The position numbers and the translations under genes were made by a program. Below the pieces are notes generated by a model. That model had not been told where the DNA came from and searched no databases. It saw only the letters and a list, made by a program, of their open reading frames with translations. This document shows positions 50,090-60,846 of a stretch of 64,000 nucleotides of DNA, piece by piece. This DNA is from an uncultured Bacteroidales bacterium (lineage in GTDB: Bacteria; Bacteroidota; Bacteroidia; Bacteroidales; UBA10428), in assembly GCA_963752195.1 (NCBI GenBank), contig CAVVXI010000003.1, positions 282,338-346,337 on the forward strand, given 5' to 3'. Within the stretch, counting starts at the first letter, position 1. The number at the start of each line of letters is the position of its first letter.

Positions 50090-51514
50090 ATGGGAAACCC
50101 AAAGGGATTTTTACTGGTACCACGTAAAACAGCCGGATACAGGCCGCTGAATGAACGTGTTTATGATTTTGGTGAAGTGGAACAGACCCTGAACGAACAG
50201 GACCGGCAGGACCAGGCGGCACGATGCATGGATTGCGGGGTTCCTTTCTGTCAGTGGGGCTGCCCGGTGATGAATAATATGCCCGAATGGCAGGATGCCA
50301 TATACCGGGGTGACTGGAAGAATGCCATCGACCTGCTGCACGTTACCAATAATTTTCCGGAATTTACAGGGCGCATTTGTCCGGCTCCCTGTGAACATGC
50401 CTGTACGCTCAATATTCAGAACGATCCGGTTACTATCCGTGAAAACGAGGCGGCGGCCGCAGAAAAAGGTTTTGAAATGGGGTTTATCCTTCCCCATCCG
50501 CCCCCGGTGCGGACCGGATTGAAGGTTGCCGTCATCGGTTCCGGACCTTCGGGCCTTGCCTGTGCTGACCTGCTCAACAAATGGGGGCACCATGTTACTG
50601 TTTTTGAAAAGGATGATGCCATCGGAGGCTTGCTGCGCTATGGTATTCCCGATTTCAAGCTGAACAAGAAGGTCATTGACCGCAGGCTGGCAATCCTGCT
50701 GGAGGAAGGGATCGATTTTCGCACGAATGCATTCGTAGGGAAAGATATTGCCGGTTCAGAAGTGCTTGCCGGGTACGATGCCGTATGCCTGACCATTGGA
50801 GCCATGAAACCGCGGGCGCTGGCAACGGAAGGAGCCGATCTGAAAGGCATCCATTTTGCCATGGATTTTCTTACCCAGCAGAACAAGGCAAACCGGGGTA
50901 TGAAGATTCCCGACGAAGAAAGAATACTGGCTACGGATAAAAATGTAATAATTATCGGCGGGGGTGACACCGGTTCCGACTGCGTGGGGACCTCTATCCG
51001 ACAAGGTGCACGGAGCATCATGCAGATCGAGATACTTCCCAAACCTCCCGAAACACGCAACCCGAATAATCCATGGCCTTTCTGGGCAAATACTCTCCGG
51101 TCGTCGAGTTCCCATGAAGAGGGCTGCGAACGCCGCTGGAGCATGTCGACAAAACGTGTTCTGGGTGAAAACGGAGAGGTGAAAAAACTTGAACTGGTGG
51201 AAGTGGAATGGGTAAATGATAACGGAAAAACCACGATGGTTGAAAAGCCGGGTTCTGCCCGCGTTATCGGCGCCGACCTTGTTTTGCTTGCCATGGGATT
51301 TGTCCATTGCACACACGAGGGAATTGCCGAAGAATTCGGACTTGATTTCGATGCAAGGGGGAATATCAAAGTGGATAAAAATTTCAGGACCAGCCGGGAT
51401 AAGGTTTTTGCAGCCGGCGACGCCGCCATTGGGGCAAGCCTTGTTGTAAGGGCCATATTCCAGGGACGGAATCTGGCGCGGTCGGTGGATAATTACCTGC
51501 GGAAAAACAAGTAG
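50090..51514 (+). CDS. gltD: Glutamate synthase small subunit
   Basis: RCMDCGVPFC, GRICPAPCE, GSGPSG, GGGDTGSDC. Confidence 0.97.
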   Translation: MGNPKGFLLVPRKTAGYRPLNERVYDFGEVEQTLNEQDRQDQAARCMDCGVPFCQWGCPVMNNMPEWQDAIYRGDWKNAIDLLHVTNNFPEFTGRICPAPCEHACTLNIQNDPVTIRENEAAAAEKGFEMGFILPHPPPVRTGLKVAVIGSGPSGLACADLLNKWGHHVTVFEKDDAIGGLLRYGIPDFKLNKKVIDRRLAILLEEGIDFRTNAFVGKDIAGSEVLAGYDAVCLTIGAMKPRALATEGADLKGIHFAMDFLTQQNKANRGMKIPDEERILATDKNVIIIGGGDTGSDCVGTSIRQGARSIMQIEILPKPPETRNPNNPWPFWANTLRSSSSHEEGCERRWSMSTKRVLGENGEVKKLELVEVEWVNDNGKTTMVEKPGSARVIGADLVLLAMGFVHCTHEGIAEEFGLDFDARGNIKVDKNFRTSRDKVFAAGDAAIGASLVVRAIFQGRNLARSVDNYLRKNK

Positions 51515-51525
51515 GCCACCTCTCC

Positions 51526-52434
51526 ATGTCAACCTCCATGAGAGGCATAGTATATGCCATTATTACCGCGATCTTATGGGGGACCCTTGCCATTGTGCTG
51601 AAAGTATCCCTGTCCGGCCTCACGCCGGCGGATATTACCTGGTTTCGTTTCGTCATGGCCTTTGCCCTTCTGCTTGTGTATTATTATTACCGCAAGCCGG
51701 CCTATCTGCGCATTCTGAAACGTCCTCCCGGTTTGCTCATCATCGCCACATTATGCCTGGCATTGAACTACTTTGGCTTCATACAGGGGCTGCAGTTTAC
51801 CGCGCCCAGTGTGGCCCAGATCTTCATTCAGCTGGGACCGGTTATTCTGGCCATTTCCGGCTTTGTCTTTTTCCACGAAAAAATTTCGACCCGGCAAATT
51901 GCCGGACTTTTCATTGTCGTTGCCGGGCTCACCGTGTATTACAGGGAACAAACCCACCTCCTTTCTTCCTCCGGGCCGAACTGGTCAGCCGGAGTTGTCT
52001 GGATACTTGTCGCAGCCGTATCCTGGGCGGCTTATTCAATCCTGCTGAAAGTGCTGGTTTTAAAATATCCGCCAATGCAGCTGAATCTGGTCATTTTTGG
52101 ATTGCCGGCGCTGCTTTATCTCCCGTTTGTGCATTTCAGCCACTTTCTGGGCCTGGGCATCATTGGCTGGTGCCTCCTTCTGTTCCTCGGAATGAATACC
52201 CTTATCGCCTACGGGCTGCTTTCCCTTGCCATCCAATACACCGAGGCAAACAAGGTAAGTGTGATCCTCATTCTGAACCCAATCCTGACTTTTGTGCTTA
52301 TGGCCATAATCAGCCATACCGGCGCACGGTGGATCACCCATGAATACTTTACTCCGCTTACCCTTGCTGGTGCCGTAATCGTTCTTGCCGGTGCGATGCT
52401 TACCATTTTCAGAAGAAATATTCAAGGTAGGTAA
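51526..52434 (+). CDS. DMT/EamA family transporter
   Basis: About 10 TM helices in two EamA repeats (ILWG, WFRF, EKIS). Confidence 0.9.
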   Translation: MSTSMRGIVYAIITAILWGTLAIVLKVSLSGLTPADITWFRFVMAFALLLVYYYYRKPAYLRILKRPPGLLIIATLCLALNYFGFIQGLQFTAPSVAQIFIQLGPVILAISGFVFFHEKISTRQIAGLFIVVAGLTVYYREQTHLLSSSGPNWSAGVVWILVAAVSWAAYSILLKVLVLKYPPMQLNLVIFGLPALLYLPFVHFSHFLGLGIIGWCLLLFLGMNTLIAYGLLSLAIQYTEANKVSVILILNPILTFVLMAIISHTGARWITHEYFTPLTLAGAVIVLAGAMLTIFRRNIQGR

Positions 52435-52474
52435 CTTTATTCCTATATTTGCCTGTAATTCAATCTCCCCTGGC

Positions 52475-54007
52475 ATGCCTTTGCTTACTTCAATTATTAA
52501 CTGGCTGAATGTTAAACGTGTACACCAGCTTGACCTGATCCGGAAATATCCTGCCGAAGTTCAGGAAGAAACGTTTGCAAAGTTAATTTCCAGGGCTGCC
52601 GAAACAGAATGGGGACAAACCTATCACTACGACACGATAAATTCAATAGCGGATTTTCAGCAACGGGTGCCGGTTCAAAGTTATGAAGAGGTAAAACCCT
52701 ATATCAACAGGCTTCGGCAGGGGGAACAAAACCTTCTTTGGCCGGGAGAAATTAAGTGGTTTGCCAAATCTTCGGGCACAACCAATGATAAAAGCAAGTT
52801 TGTGCCGGTAAGCAGAGAATCTCTCGAGGAATGCCACTTCAAGGGAGGCAAGGATGCGCTCGCCATTTATTGCCAGTACAATCCCGAAACGAGGATCTTT
52901 TCCGGCAAGGGTCTGACCCTGGGAGGGAGCCATAAAATTGATAATTACAACACCCAGTCCTACTATGGGGACCTTTCTGCAATCCTGATTGAAAATCTGC
53001 CCTTCTGGACGGATTTTATCCGCACGCCCAGTCATGACGTAGCGCTCCTGGAAAAGTTCGAAGAAAAACTGGAACGCATAACGCGGGAATCCATCCATGA
53101 AAATGTGACGTCCATTGCCGGGGTTCCATCGTGGAATCTGGTGATGCTCAAGCATATCCTGAAAACTACAGGCGCATCATCGGTTCTGGATATCTGGCCC
53201 AACCTGGAATTGTTCATTCATGGCGGGGTAAGCTTTATCCCCTATCGCGAGCAGTTCCGGTCACTGATCCCTTCGGAAAACATGCATTACCTGGAAGCCT
53301 ACAATGCCTCCGAAGGCTTTTTTGCCATCCAGGATGATCCTTCCACCAGCGATATGCTGCTAATGCTTGATTATGGCATATTTTATGAGTTTATCCCGGT
53401 AGAAGAGGTGGGTAAATCAAATCCGGCAGTACATACGGTTCAGGAGGTGGAAAAGGACAGGAATTATGCCCTTGTCATTTCAACCAACTCCGGTTTATGG
53501 AGATATCTTATCGGGGATACGATCCGGTTCACCTCGCTGAATCCGCATAAGATCGTTATCACCGGCCGGACAAGGCATTTTATCAATGTGTTCGGGGAGG
53601 AAGTGATCGTTGACAATGCGGACAAGGCGTTACGGATTGCCTGCGATAAGACGGACGCTGAAATCTCGGACTATACGGCTGCCCCTGTTTATATGAGTGC
53701 AGAAAAACAGGGGGCCCATGAGTGGCTGATTGAATTCAGCACACCGCCGTCGGAACTTGATTATTTTGCAACCCTGCTGGATCATGCGCTTATGTCAATC
53801 AATTCGGATTACGAAGCCAAGAGGTACCGCAACCTGACGCTCGATAAGCCCGTTGTACACCAGGCCGAAACTGGGACTTTCTACCAGTGGTTGCAAAAAA
53901 AAGGCAAACTGGGAGGACAGAATAAGGTGCCCCGTTTGTCGAACGAAAGAAAATACCTGGAAGATCTGCTTGAAATCGACAGCAAATTAAGAACTGTCAA
54001 AAAATAG
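52475..54007 (+). CDS. GH3 family acyl-acid amido synthetase-like protein
   Basis: AKSSGTT, YNASEG, RYLIGD, GQNKVPRL. ATG 52475 preferred. Confidence 0.9.
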   Translation: MPLLTSIINWLNVKRVHQLDLIRKYPAEVQEETFAKLISRAAETEWGQTYHYDTINSIADFQQRVPVQSYEEVKPYINRLRQGEQNLLWPGEIKWFAKSSGTTNDKSKFVPVSRESLEECHFKGGKDALAIYCQYNPETRIFSGKGLTLGGSHKIDNYNTQSYYGDLSAILIENLPFWTDFIRTPSHDVALLEKFEEKLERITRESIHENVTSIAGVPSWNLVMLKHILKTTGASSVLDIWPNLELFIHGGVSFIPYREQFRSLIPSENMHYLEAYNASEGFFAIQDDPSTSDMLLMLDYGIFYEFIPVEEVGKSNPAVHTVQEVEKDRNYALVISTNSGLWRYLIGDTIRFTSLNPHKIVITGRTRHFINVFGEEVIVDNADKALRIACDKTDAEISDYTAAPVYMSAEKQGAHEWLIEFSTPPSELDYFATLLDHALMSINSDYEAKRYRNLTLDKPVVHQAETGTFYQWLQKKGKLGGQNKVPRLSNERKYLEDLLEIDSKLRTVKK

Positions 54008-54035
54008 GTTAATTTTATCGAATAATCTCCGTTTT

Positions 54036-54656
54036 ATGAGTATGCACATTGCGATTGCCGGCAATATTGGTTCAGGTAAAACCACTCTTACAAGTCTTCT
54101 CTCTAAAAATTTTGGGTGGGATGCCCATTTCGAAGATGTGGATGACAATCCTTACCTCAACGATTTTTATAATGACATGCAACGTTGGTCCTTTAACCTG
54201 CAGATCTATTTTCTGAATACAAGGTTTAACCAGATACTTTCTTTCCGCCGTTCGGGAAAAACATTGGTTCAGGACAGGACCATCTATGAAGACGCCTATA
54301 TTTTTGCTCCCAACCTCCATGCCATGGGACTGATGTCAACCCGCGATTTTGAAAATTATTTCACGTTGTTCAATATGCTGAACTCGCTGATACAACCGCC
54401 TGACCTGGTCGTATACCTGAGGGCCACGGTTCCGGCTCTTGTAAGGCAGATACAGAAAAGAGGGAGAAAATACGAAGACAATATCCGGCTGGATTATCTG
54501 AAAAGGCTCAATGAACGGTATGAGGCCTGGATTGAATCCTACAAGCTCGGAAAAATGCTTATCGTGGATGTAGATACCTACAATTTCATCGATAAGCCGG
54601 AAGACCTGAATGTGGTGATCGACAAGGTGAATGCCTCCATTCACGGGCTGTTTTAA
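54036..54656 (+). CDS. Deoxynucleoside kinase (dAK/dGK family)
   Basis: GNIGSGKTT, QIYFL, QDRTIYED, RGRKYE. Confidence 0.93.
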   Translation: MSMHIAIAGNIGSGKTTLTSLLSKNFGWDAHFEDVDDNPYLNDFYNDMQRWSFNLQIYFLNTRFNQILSFRRSGKTLVQDRTIYEDAYIFAPNLHAMGLMSTRDFENYFTLFNMLNSLIQPPDLVVYLRATVPALVRQIQKRGRKYEDNIRLDYLKRLNERYEAWIESYKLGKMLIVDVDTYNFIDKPEDLNVVIDKVNASIHGLF

Positions 54657-54686
54657 ATCTTTGTTCTGCAGTTCTTGCAGTTTTGC

Positions 54687-54788
54687 AGTTTTGCAGTTTT
54701 GCATTTCTGGAAATTTTATCCCATTAAACACATTTTCAAATCTTCAAATTGTTTTCCATTTTTAGTTTTTATCTTTTAGTTTTTCACT
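54687..54788 (-). repeat. Dispersed 102-bp element, copy B (no insert), extended by further GCAAAACT-like units to about 54665
   Basis: Reverse complement of 43678-43818 minus the 39-bp insertion. Confidence 0.92.
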
Positions 54789-54791
54789 ATC

Positions 54792-54867
54792 ATTCATAAT
54801 TCATAATTCATAATTCATAATTCATAATTCATAATTCATAATTCATAATTCATAATTCATAATTCAT
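54792..54867. repeat. Perfect heptamer tandem array (ATTCATA)x10 plus a partial unit
   Basis: Read directly; overlaps the 3' end of the PfkB gene. Confidence 0.97.
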
Positions 54868-55830
54868 TAAGCCCCTGATATACTCCCAGGATGCAGCACT
54901 GATTTTCGCCCCGGCTTCCTCTATTACCTTCCCTGCCAGGAGAGCTCCCAGTTTTCCGCATTCCTCCGGGGACCTTCCCGTGGCCATTCCATAAAGATAG
55001 CCGGATGCATAGAGATCGCCCGCACCGGTGGTATCCAGACATTTGACCGGGATCACACCGGCCTCGTATTTTTTGCCCAGGTGACTGATCAGCGACCCTC
55101 TCTCCCCGATTTTTACAATGGCCGTGTCGCATAAGGCAGCAATGATTTCGAGCGCCTTATGGGGATCCTCCTCGCCGGTGAAGGCCCGTGCCTCTTCCTC
55201 ATTTGCAAAGACAACCTGGATGGAGCCCGGAATAATCTTTTTCAGAAAATCAAGGTTCGCTTCCACCACATTGTAACTTGCCAGGTCAAGTGAAACTGTC
55301 ATTCCATTGACCCCGGCATAATAAAGTGCCCTTTCAACCAGCTCATTATTCAAAACAAGGTAACCCTCTATATGCAAATGATCGTAACCGAGGAAAATGT
55401 CTTTGTTTAAAAGGCCGGCCGACAATTCAACGGCGGCTCCAAGATAGGTGGCCATGGTGCGCTCCCCGTCCCTGGATACAAGTGCCCGCGAACTGCCTGT
55501 GATCGAATCACTCGTGGTCAATAAGGGCATAATGCCCTGTTTTTTCATGTCTTCACGGAAAAAATCGCCCAGTTCATCTTGGCCTACCGTACCAATGAAG
55601 CCCGTCGGCAATCCGAGTCCGGCCAGTCCATGTATGGTATTGGCGGCAGAGCCGCCGGAGGACATATGCGTGCTGCAGTCATCGGTTGCTTCTTCTATCC
55701 GGATGGCGGTATCTGCATCAACCAGTTGCATGCTTCCGCGCGGAAGCGAAAAATTTTGAAGCACCTCATCATTTTTCAGGAAGATGATGACATCCACAAG
55801 GGCGTTTCCGATCCCCAGTACTTTTTTCAT
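54850..55830 (-). CDS. PfkB family kinase (adenosine/inosine kinase-like)
   Basis: GIGNALVD, GGSAANT, DGERTM, FANEEEA, DTTGAGD. ATG 55830 preferred. Confidence 0.92.
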   Translation of the reverse strand: MKKVLGIGNALVDVIIFLKNDEVLQNFSLPRGSMQLVDADTAIRIEEATDDCSTHMSSGGSAANTIHGLAGLGLPTGFIGTVGQDELGDFFREDMKKQGIMPLLTTSDSITGSSRALVSRDGERTMATYLGAAVELSAGLLNKDIFLGYDHLHIEGYLVLNNELVERALYYAGVNGMTVSLDLASYNVVEANLDFLKKIIPGSIQVVFANEEEARAFTGEEDPHKALEIIAALCDTAIVKIGERGSLISHLGKKYEAGVIPVKCLDTTGAGDLYASGYLYGMATGRSPEECGKLGALLAGKVIEEAGAKISAASWEYIRGLMNYEL

Positions 55831-55891
55831 AAAAGGAAAATCATTTTGGTTTAAACTTTTCAAAGATAATTCGTTTTTGAACATCCCAGCC

Positions 55892-57010
55892 CTAACTCCA
55901 CACACCGGGAATATCAGCGCCACACTTGCCGCAAACACCGGGTTTATTGGGAAGAGCGGGAGCGGCAGAACTCTTCCTCGAAATAACAACGGAATGACAA
56001 TCCGGACAAAAAGTGGTTAACCCGGAATTATCGGGTGTTTTTGTATAGACATACCGGAGGCCTGATTTAAGTAATACATCACGTGCATGCACTAAACTTT
56101 CAACAGGTGTAGAACTTAAAGAAGCAAAACGGTAATAAGGAGTAAAGCGGTTAACATGGAAAGGAGTATCCTGGAACCCGTTATCCATAAGCCACTTTCC
56201 CATTTTCTCAAAAAGAGTCCAGTTGTCCGTCCACCCCGGAACCAGGAGGTGGGAAATTTCAAGCCATACGCCGCTGGCCCTGATTGTTTTAAGGGTTTCA
56301 AATACCGGTGCAATGGTACCTCCTGTCATTTTCATATAGGTAGTTTCATTAAATGCCTTTACATCGATAACAGCAGCACTTAACAGGGGGAGCAGTTTTT
56401 TAAGCGGTTCCGCATTGATATACCCGTTGGAGGTAACCAGGGTTTTTATTCCCTGCTGTTTGGCAAGAGTGGCTGTATCCAGCATGTATTCGTAATAAGC
56501 TACCGGCTCAGCGTATGTAAAGGAGAGGATCGCGGCCCTTTGATTTTTGCATCGGGCTATCACATCGGCAGGAAAAAGCTGCTTTTGGGGAACTTCAGGC
56601 GGACTTTTCTGGGATACTTCATACACGTTGCAATACTGGCATTGCAGGTTGCAACCCGCAGTGCCGATGGATAGCATATCACTTCCCGGGTGATAATGGT
56701 ACAAGGAACGGATCTCGGGTTTTTCTGTATTGACATAATAGGGATTGCCATACGAGCGGGTCAAAAGCTTTCCATTCTCAAATATCCGTGTTTTGCAGTC
56801 CCCCGGGCGGATTTCAGTCACCGTGCATTTGTTTGGACATAATTCACATTTTGCACCCTGCGGAATGACCTTATAGAATTGTGCTTCGCGGATGAATTTA
56901 TCCCTATCAATGCCCGGGGCCATCAGGGCGCTTCCCTGGCAAAAAGGCGAGCCGAGACCTGCCATTCCAAGGCCGGACAGACTATATCCAATAAATTTTC
57001 TCCGATCCAT
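55892..57010 (-). CDS. AmmeMemoRadiSam-type (AmrS / PflA-like) radical SAM enzyme with Tat-like N-terminus
   Basis: MDRRKFIG; CELCPNKC; CNLQCQYC; FTYAEP, SNGY, DVKAF; C-terminal CPDC...CGKC. Confidence 0.82.
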   Translation of the reverse strand: MDRRKFIGYSLSGLGMAGLGSPFCQGSALMAPGIDRDKFIREAQFYKVIPQGAKCELCPNKCTVTEIRPGDCKTRIFENGKLLTRSYGNPYYVNTEKPEIRSLYHYHPGSDMLSIGTAGCNLQCQYCNVYEVSQKSPPEVPQKQLFPADVIARCKNQRAAILSFTYAEPVAYYEYMLDTATLAKQQGIKTLVTSNGYINAEPLKKLLPLLSAAVIDVKAFNETTYMKMTGGTIAPVFETLKTIRASGVWLEISHLLVPGWTDNWTLFEKMGKWLMDNGFQDTPFHVNRFTPYYRFASLSSTPVESLVHARDVLLKSGLRYVYTKTPDNSGLTTFCPDCHSVVISRKSSAAPALPNKPGVCGKCGADIPGVWS

Positions 57011-57038
57011 AAGCTGACGGAAATGAGTATAAAACAAT

Positions 57039-57062
57039 AGGCCCCGCCAATCGGCGGGGCTT
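57039..57062 (-). terminator. Hairpin terminator downstream of tRNA-Asn
   Basis: AAGCCCCGCC-GATT-GGCGGGGCCT followed by ATTGTTTT on the minus strand. Confidence 0.7.
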
Positions 57063-57069
57063 ACTTGTC

Positions 57070-57146
57070 TGGCTCCTCAGCTTAGACTCGAACTAAGGAC
57101 CCTCTGGTTAACAGCCAGATGCTCTAACCAACTGAGCTACTGAGGA
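57070..57146 (-). tRNA. tRNA-Asn (GTT)
   Basis: TCCTCAG acceptor stem, D arm GCTCAGTTGGTTAGAGC, anticodon arm TCTGG-CTGTTAA-CCAGA, T loop GTTCGAG, encoded CCA; 77 nt. Confidence 0.97.
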
Positions 57147-57408
57147 ATTTTCAGGAGGCAAAAATAGGAGGAAAAGCTGAGATAAACAAGGGACCGGCTT
57201 ATTATTTTAAGGCCAAAAACATATAAATACCGATTATGGAGCGCGATTGATCCGGGATAAAAAATCTTTCATAGCTAACATTCAGATAAAGAACAATATA
57301 ACAATATATGGCAAGAGTTGCATAAAATTTACATTTGATAATTTCCATAAATAAGATAATTTGGCTTTTTCAAACGCAGGGTTGAGTTTTCGTCTTAATT
57401 ATAAACAT

Positions 57409-57873
57409 ATGGAAAAAGTAGTCATAAACAGTTTTGCGGAATTCGAAACTTTTGTTGGCAAGGGATTAGGCGTATCGGATTACCATACTATTACGCAAGA
57501 TCAAATAAATCTTTTTGCGGACGCTACTCTTGATCATCAATGGATACATACTCAACCTGAAAGGGCCCTGAAAGAGAGTCCCTACGGAACAACAATCGCT
57601 CACGGGTACTTAAGCCTTTCCATACTGCCCTACCTGTGGAGGCAGGTTGTAGAAGTGAATAATATAAAAATGCTTGTCAATTACGGCATTGAAAAACTCA
57701 GGTTTAACCAGCCTGTTCTTGTGAATAACGAAGTAAGGCTCGTTGCCAAACTCAGTTCGCTTGTCAATCTGAAAGGGATTACAAAGGCAGAGATTAAAGT
57801 ATTGCTTGAAATAAAAGGAAACAAGAAGCCGGCATTGGAGGGTTCCCTGTTGTTTCTTTATCATTTTATTTAG
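57409..57873 (+). CDS. MaoC family dehydratase
   Basis: FADATLDHQWIH, TIAHGYL, NYG..KLRF. Confidence 0.92.
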   Translation: MEKVVINSFAEFETFVGKGLGVSDYHTITQDQINLFADATLDHQWIHTQPERALKESPYGTTIAHGYLSLSILPYLWRQVVEVNNIKMLVNYGIEKLRFNQPVLVNNEVRLVAKLSSLVNLKGITKAEIKVLLEIKGNKKPALEGSLLFLYHFI

Positions 57874-57906
57874 CTTATATTCTAGAATGCCGCCGTTAGA
57901 TTGTAA

Positions 57907-59175
<1,269 letters not shown>

Positions 59176-59208
59176 CAAATTGCAGGTACCGACCGATTAT
59201 TTATCATC

Positions 59209-60009
59209 ATGAGTAAAGTCGTTTTCATTACGGGTATTTCTTCCGGATTCGGAAAATCGGTTTCATCGCTGCTTGTCAAAAAAGGGTATATTGTTTATGG
59301 TACGTGTCGGAAAGCCTGTGAAACAGAGCCTGGGGTGAACTCCCTGCAGATGGACGTGACCGATGAAACTGCAGTGCAAAAATGCATAGCCGGGGTATTG
59401 GAAAGAGAAGGAAAAATTGACATACTGATCAACAATGCCGGAATGCATACAGGCGGTCCCGCTGAAATGACCCCCGATAACCTGATCCGGCAACAGATCG
59501 AAACCAATTTCATGGGCGCCGTGCATACTGTAAAAGCGGTTCTTCCTTCCATGCGCCGGCGCATGGAAGGAACTATAATAAACATGGCTTCAATAGGAGG
59601 CATCATGGGACTTCCTTTCCAGGGATATTATTCAGCATCCAAATTTGCGCTGGAAGGATGGAGCGAGGCCCTCAGAATGGAAATCAGGCAATTTAACATT
59701 AAAATAATTATCATCGAACCCGGGGATTTCCATACCAGAAACACGATCAACCGGATCAATATTCATGTAGAGAACGGAGATTATGAGGATCAGTTTGGAA
59801 GAACGCTGACCATCATTGAACAGGATGAAAACAGGGGATGGCATCCCGATCTGCTGGCTGCAAAAATTGCAGCAATCCTTGAAAAGAAAAATCCGGCCGA
59901 ACGATACGTTATCGGGTCTGTTTCGCAAAAACTAGCCGTTGTCTTAAAGCACATGTTGCCGCAAAACTGGTTTTCTTCCATTTTGCGGGGACATTACGGC
60001 ATTAAATAA
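59209..60009 (+). CDS. SDR oxidoreductase, candidate 3-ketodihydrosphingosine reductase
   Basis: TGISSGFG, NNAG, YSASK, EPGDF; directly downstream of spt. SDR call is firm, substrate is inferred. Confidence 0.8.
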   Translation: MSKVVFITGISSGFGKSVSSLLVKKGYIVYGTCRKACETEPGVNSLQMDVTDETAVQKCIAGVLEREGKIDILINNAGMHTGGPAEMTPDNLIRQQIETNFMGAVHTVKAVLPSMRRRMEGTIINMASIGGIMGLPFQGYYSASKFALEGWSEALRMEIRQFNIKIIIIEPGDFHTRNTINRINIHVENGDYEDQFGRTLTIIEQDENRGWHPDLLAAKIAAILEKKNPAERYVIGSVSQKLAVVLKHMLPQNWFSSILRGHYGIK

Positions 60010-60616
60010 TCAGCTTCCCCTTAGCTTTTTGATCTCATTGAAATGATCAATTGTCATTTTTTCCCGTTCGAGCCGGGTCTTTTTCTTGTATTTTTCATAT
60101 TCATCCATCAGCTCATTCAGGTCCTTCTTTGTCCGCAGCGTAACGGACCTGTTCTGCCGGAATGTCAAATAACCGATCAGAAGCAGCGCGATAAGCACCG
60201 CTGTCAATGTCCACATGAATGTATTATAGGTCTTTTTGTTGATGTCAAGTCCGAGAACAGAAATGCTTTCCTTGGTCCGGGTCACCTCCTTCAGTTCCGC
60301 ATTAATGGATTCCTGCACAATTTTCAGGGAATCTATCCGGTGGTTAAGAACATTATTGCGCAAAATCAATGCATTGATCTTTCTTGTAGTTTTAGATAAG
60401 GTATCAATTGTATTCTTGCTGATTCTTTGAAACATATCCTCTCTAACTGCACGGAAATTTTCATATATCCGGGTATGTTCTTCAAGATATTTCAACTGTT
60501 CGGGGATAGGTTCCTGTTTGAATACGTCGGGCATATCATTCTGGCGAGTAAACACGGATACCAACGGCAAATACCATTGCCATAAGGAAGCTTAACCTGA
60601 GTAATGAATTATTCAT
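60010..60616 (-). pseudogene. Signal-peptide, coiled-coil, single-TM hypothetical protein with an apparent 1-bp frameshift near 60544
   Basis: ATG 60616 encodes MNNSLLRLSFLMAMVFAVGIRVYS; removing one base joins it to QNDMPDVF... of ORF 60010-60570. Confidence 0.6.
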
Positions 60617-60846
60617 TGTATAATGATTTGATTTATTCTGCAATAATGATTATTTAACGTTTAAAATTTATATTTATTTCAGTAAAAACATATGATGAAG
60701 AAATTGGTTTTATGGGTTGTGATTTTAATTAGCAAAATAAAGGTACAACATGTGGAGTTATTTATTGCAAGGAATAATTGTTAATGATCTTTGGCCTTCA
60801 ATTGTTGATTCCTTACCTTACTTAATAAATTACTAAACTGACAAAA

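Noticed and set aside
50638-51532. 272- and 258-aa antisense ORFs in gltD
   Set aside because: Shadow ORFs fully overlapping gltD.
51576-52343. 255-aa alternative-frame ORF inside the EamA gene
   Set aside because: Off-frame read of hydrophobic codons; no recognisable motifs.
55831-55989. Extended N-terminus of the PfkB ORF (likewise 52385, 27801, 20288, 15985, 61326)
   Set aside because: Upstream starts overlap neighbours or promoter-like sequence; family motifs begin at the downstream ATGs.
57070-57146. tRNA-Asn as an island integration site
   Set aside because: No integrase, and I saw no duplicated tRNA 3' end in the window.
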